Source of the DNA: Chiloscyllium plagiosum
Taxonomy: Eukaryota
Assembly: GCF_004010195.1 (NCBI RefSeq)
Contig: NC_057751.1
Span: forward strand, 14,853,629 to 14,873,628
Direction: 5' to 3'
DNA: 20,000 nt
Below, one piece after another: positions 19,690-20,000 of this stretch. The notes beneath the pieces are model-generated. The model worked only from the letters and a program-made list of their open reading frames with translations, had not been told where the DNA came from and ran no database searches. The position numbers and the translations under genes are program-made. Every line of letters begins with the position of its first letter. The first letter of the stretch is position 1.

Positions 19690-20000
19690 GGTCATAGAGT
19701 CATAGAGATATACAGCATAGAAACAGACCCTTCCAACCCATCCATACCGACCAGATATCCCAATCCAATCTAGTCCCACCTGCCAGCACCCGGCCCACAT
19801 CTCTCCAAACCCTTCCTATTCATATACCCATCCAAATGCCTCTTAAATGTTGCAATTGTACCAGCCTCCACCACATCCTCTGGCAGCTCATTCCATACAC
19901 GTACCACCCTCTGCATGAAAAAGTTGCCCCTTATGTCTCTTTTATATCTTTCCCCTCTCACCCTAAACCTATGCCCTCTAGTTCTGGACTCCGCGGCCGC
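19690..20000 (-). mobile_element. CR1/HER1-type LINE 3' end (well preserved)
   Basis: RGERYKRDIRGNFFMQRVVRVWNELPEDVVEAGTIATFKRHLDGYM; tail 'gtcatagagtcatagagatatacagc'. Confidence 0.92.

Noticed and set aside
19991..20000. NotI site / CpG cluster at the window end
   Set aside because: Only 10 nt are visible, so a CpG island or junction cannot be assessed.

Overview
This window is eukaryotic and repeat-dense, most likely from a cartilaginous fish (shark): it carries HE1-type tRNA SINEs, CR1/HER1-type LINEs and Penelope-like repeats. It contains two assembly gaps (3849-4315 and 12201-12700). The only convincing host coding sequence is the last coding exon of NUDT18 (MTH3 Nudix hydrolase) on the minus strand, 8837-9438, with a phase-1 splice acceptor; I found no upstream exons in the readable sequence. 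Most of the rest is nested, decayed retroelements: several CR1 LINEs, three HE1/V-SINE copies, a 5'-truncated Penelope-like element (RT + GIY-YIG) with inverted terminal pseudo-LTRs, and a Gypsy element. The most interesting signals are (1) five to six hammerhead-ribozyme-like cores in Penelope-derived repeats, three of those repeats being tiny TSD-flanked insertions and one a 62-bp hairpin with the ribozyme core in its loop; (2) RNase H running directly into PPT/LTR in the Gypsy element, a Gmr1-like domain order; and (3) an in-frame 54-bp minisatellite inside the GIY-YIG endonuclease. All family assignments come from motif recognition, not database searches.
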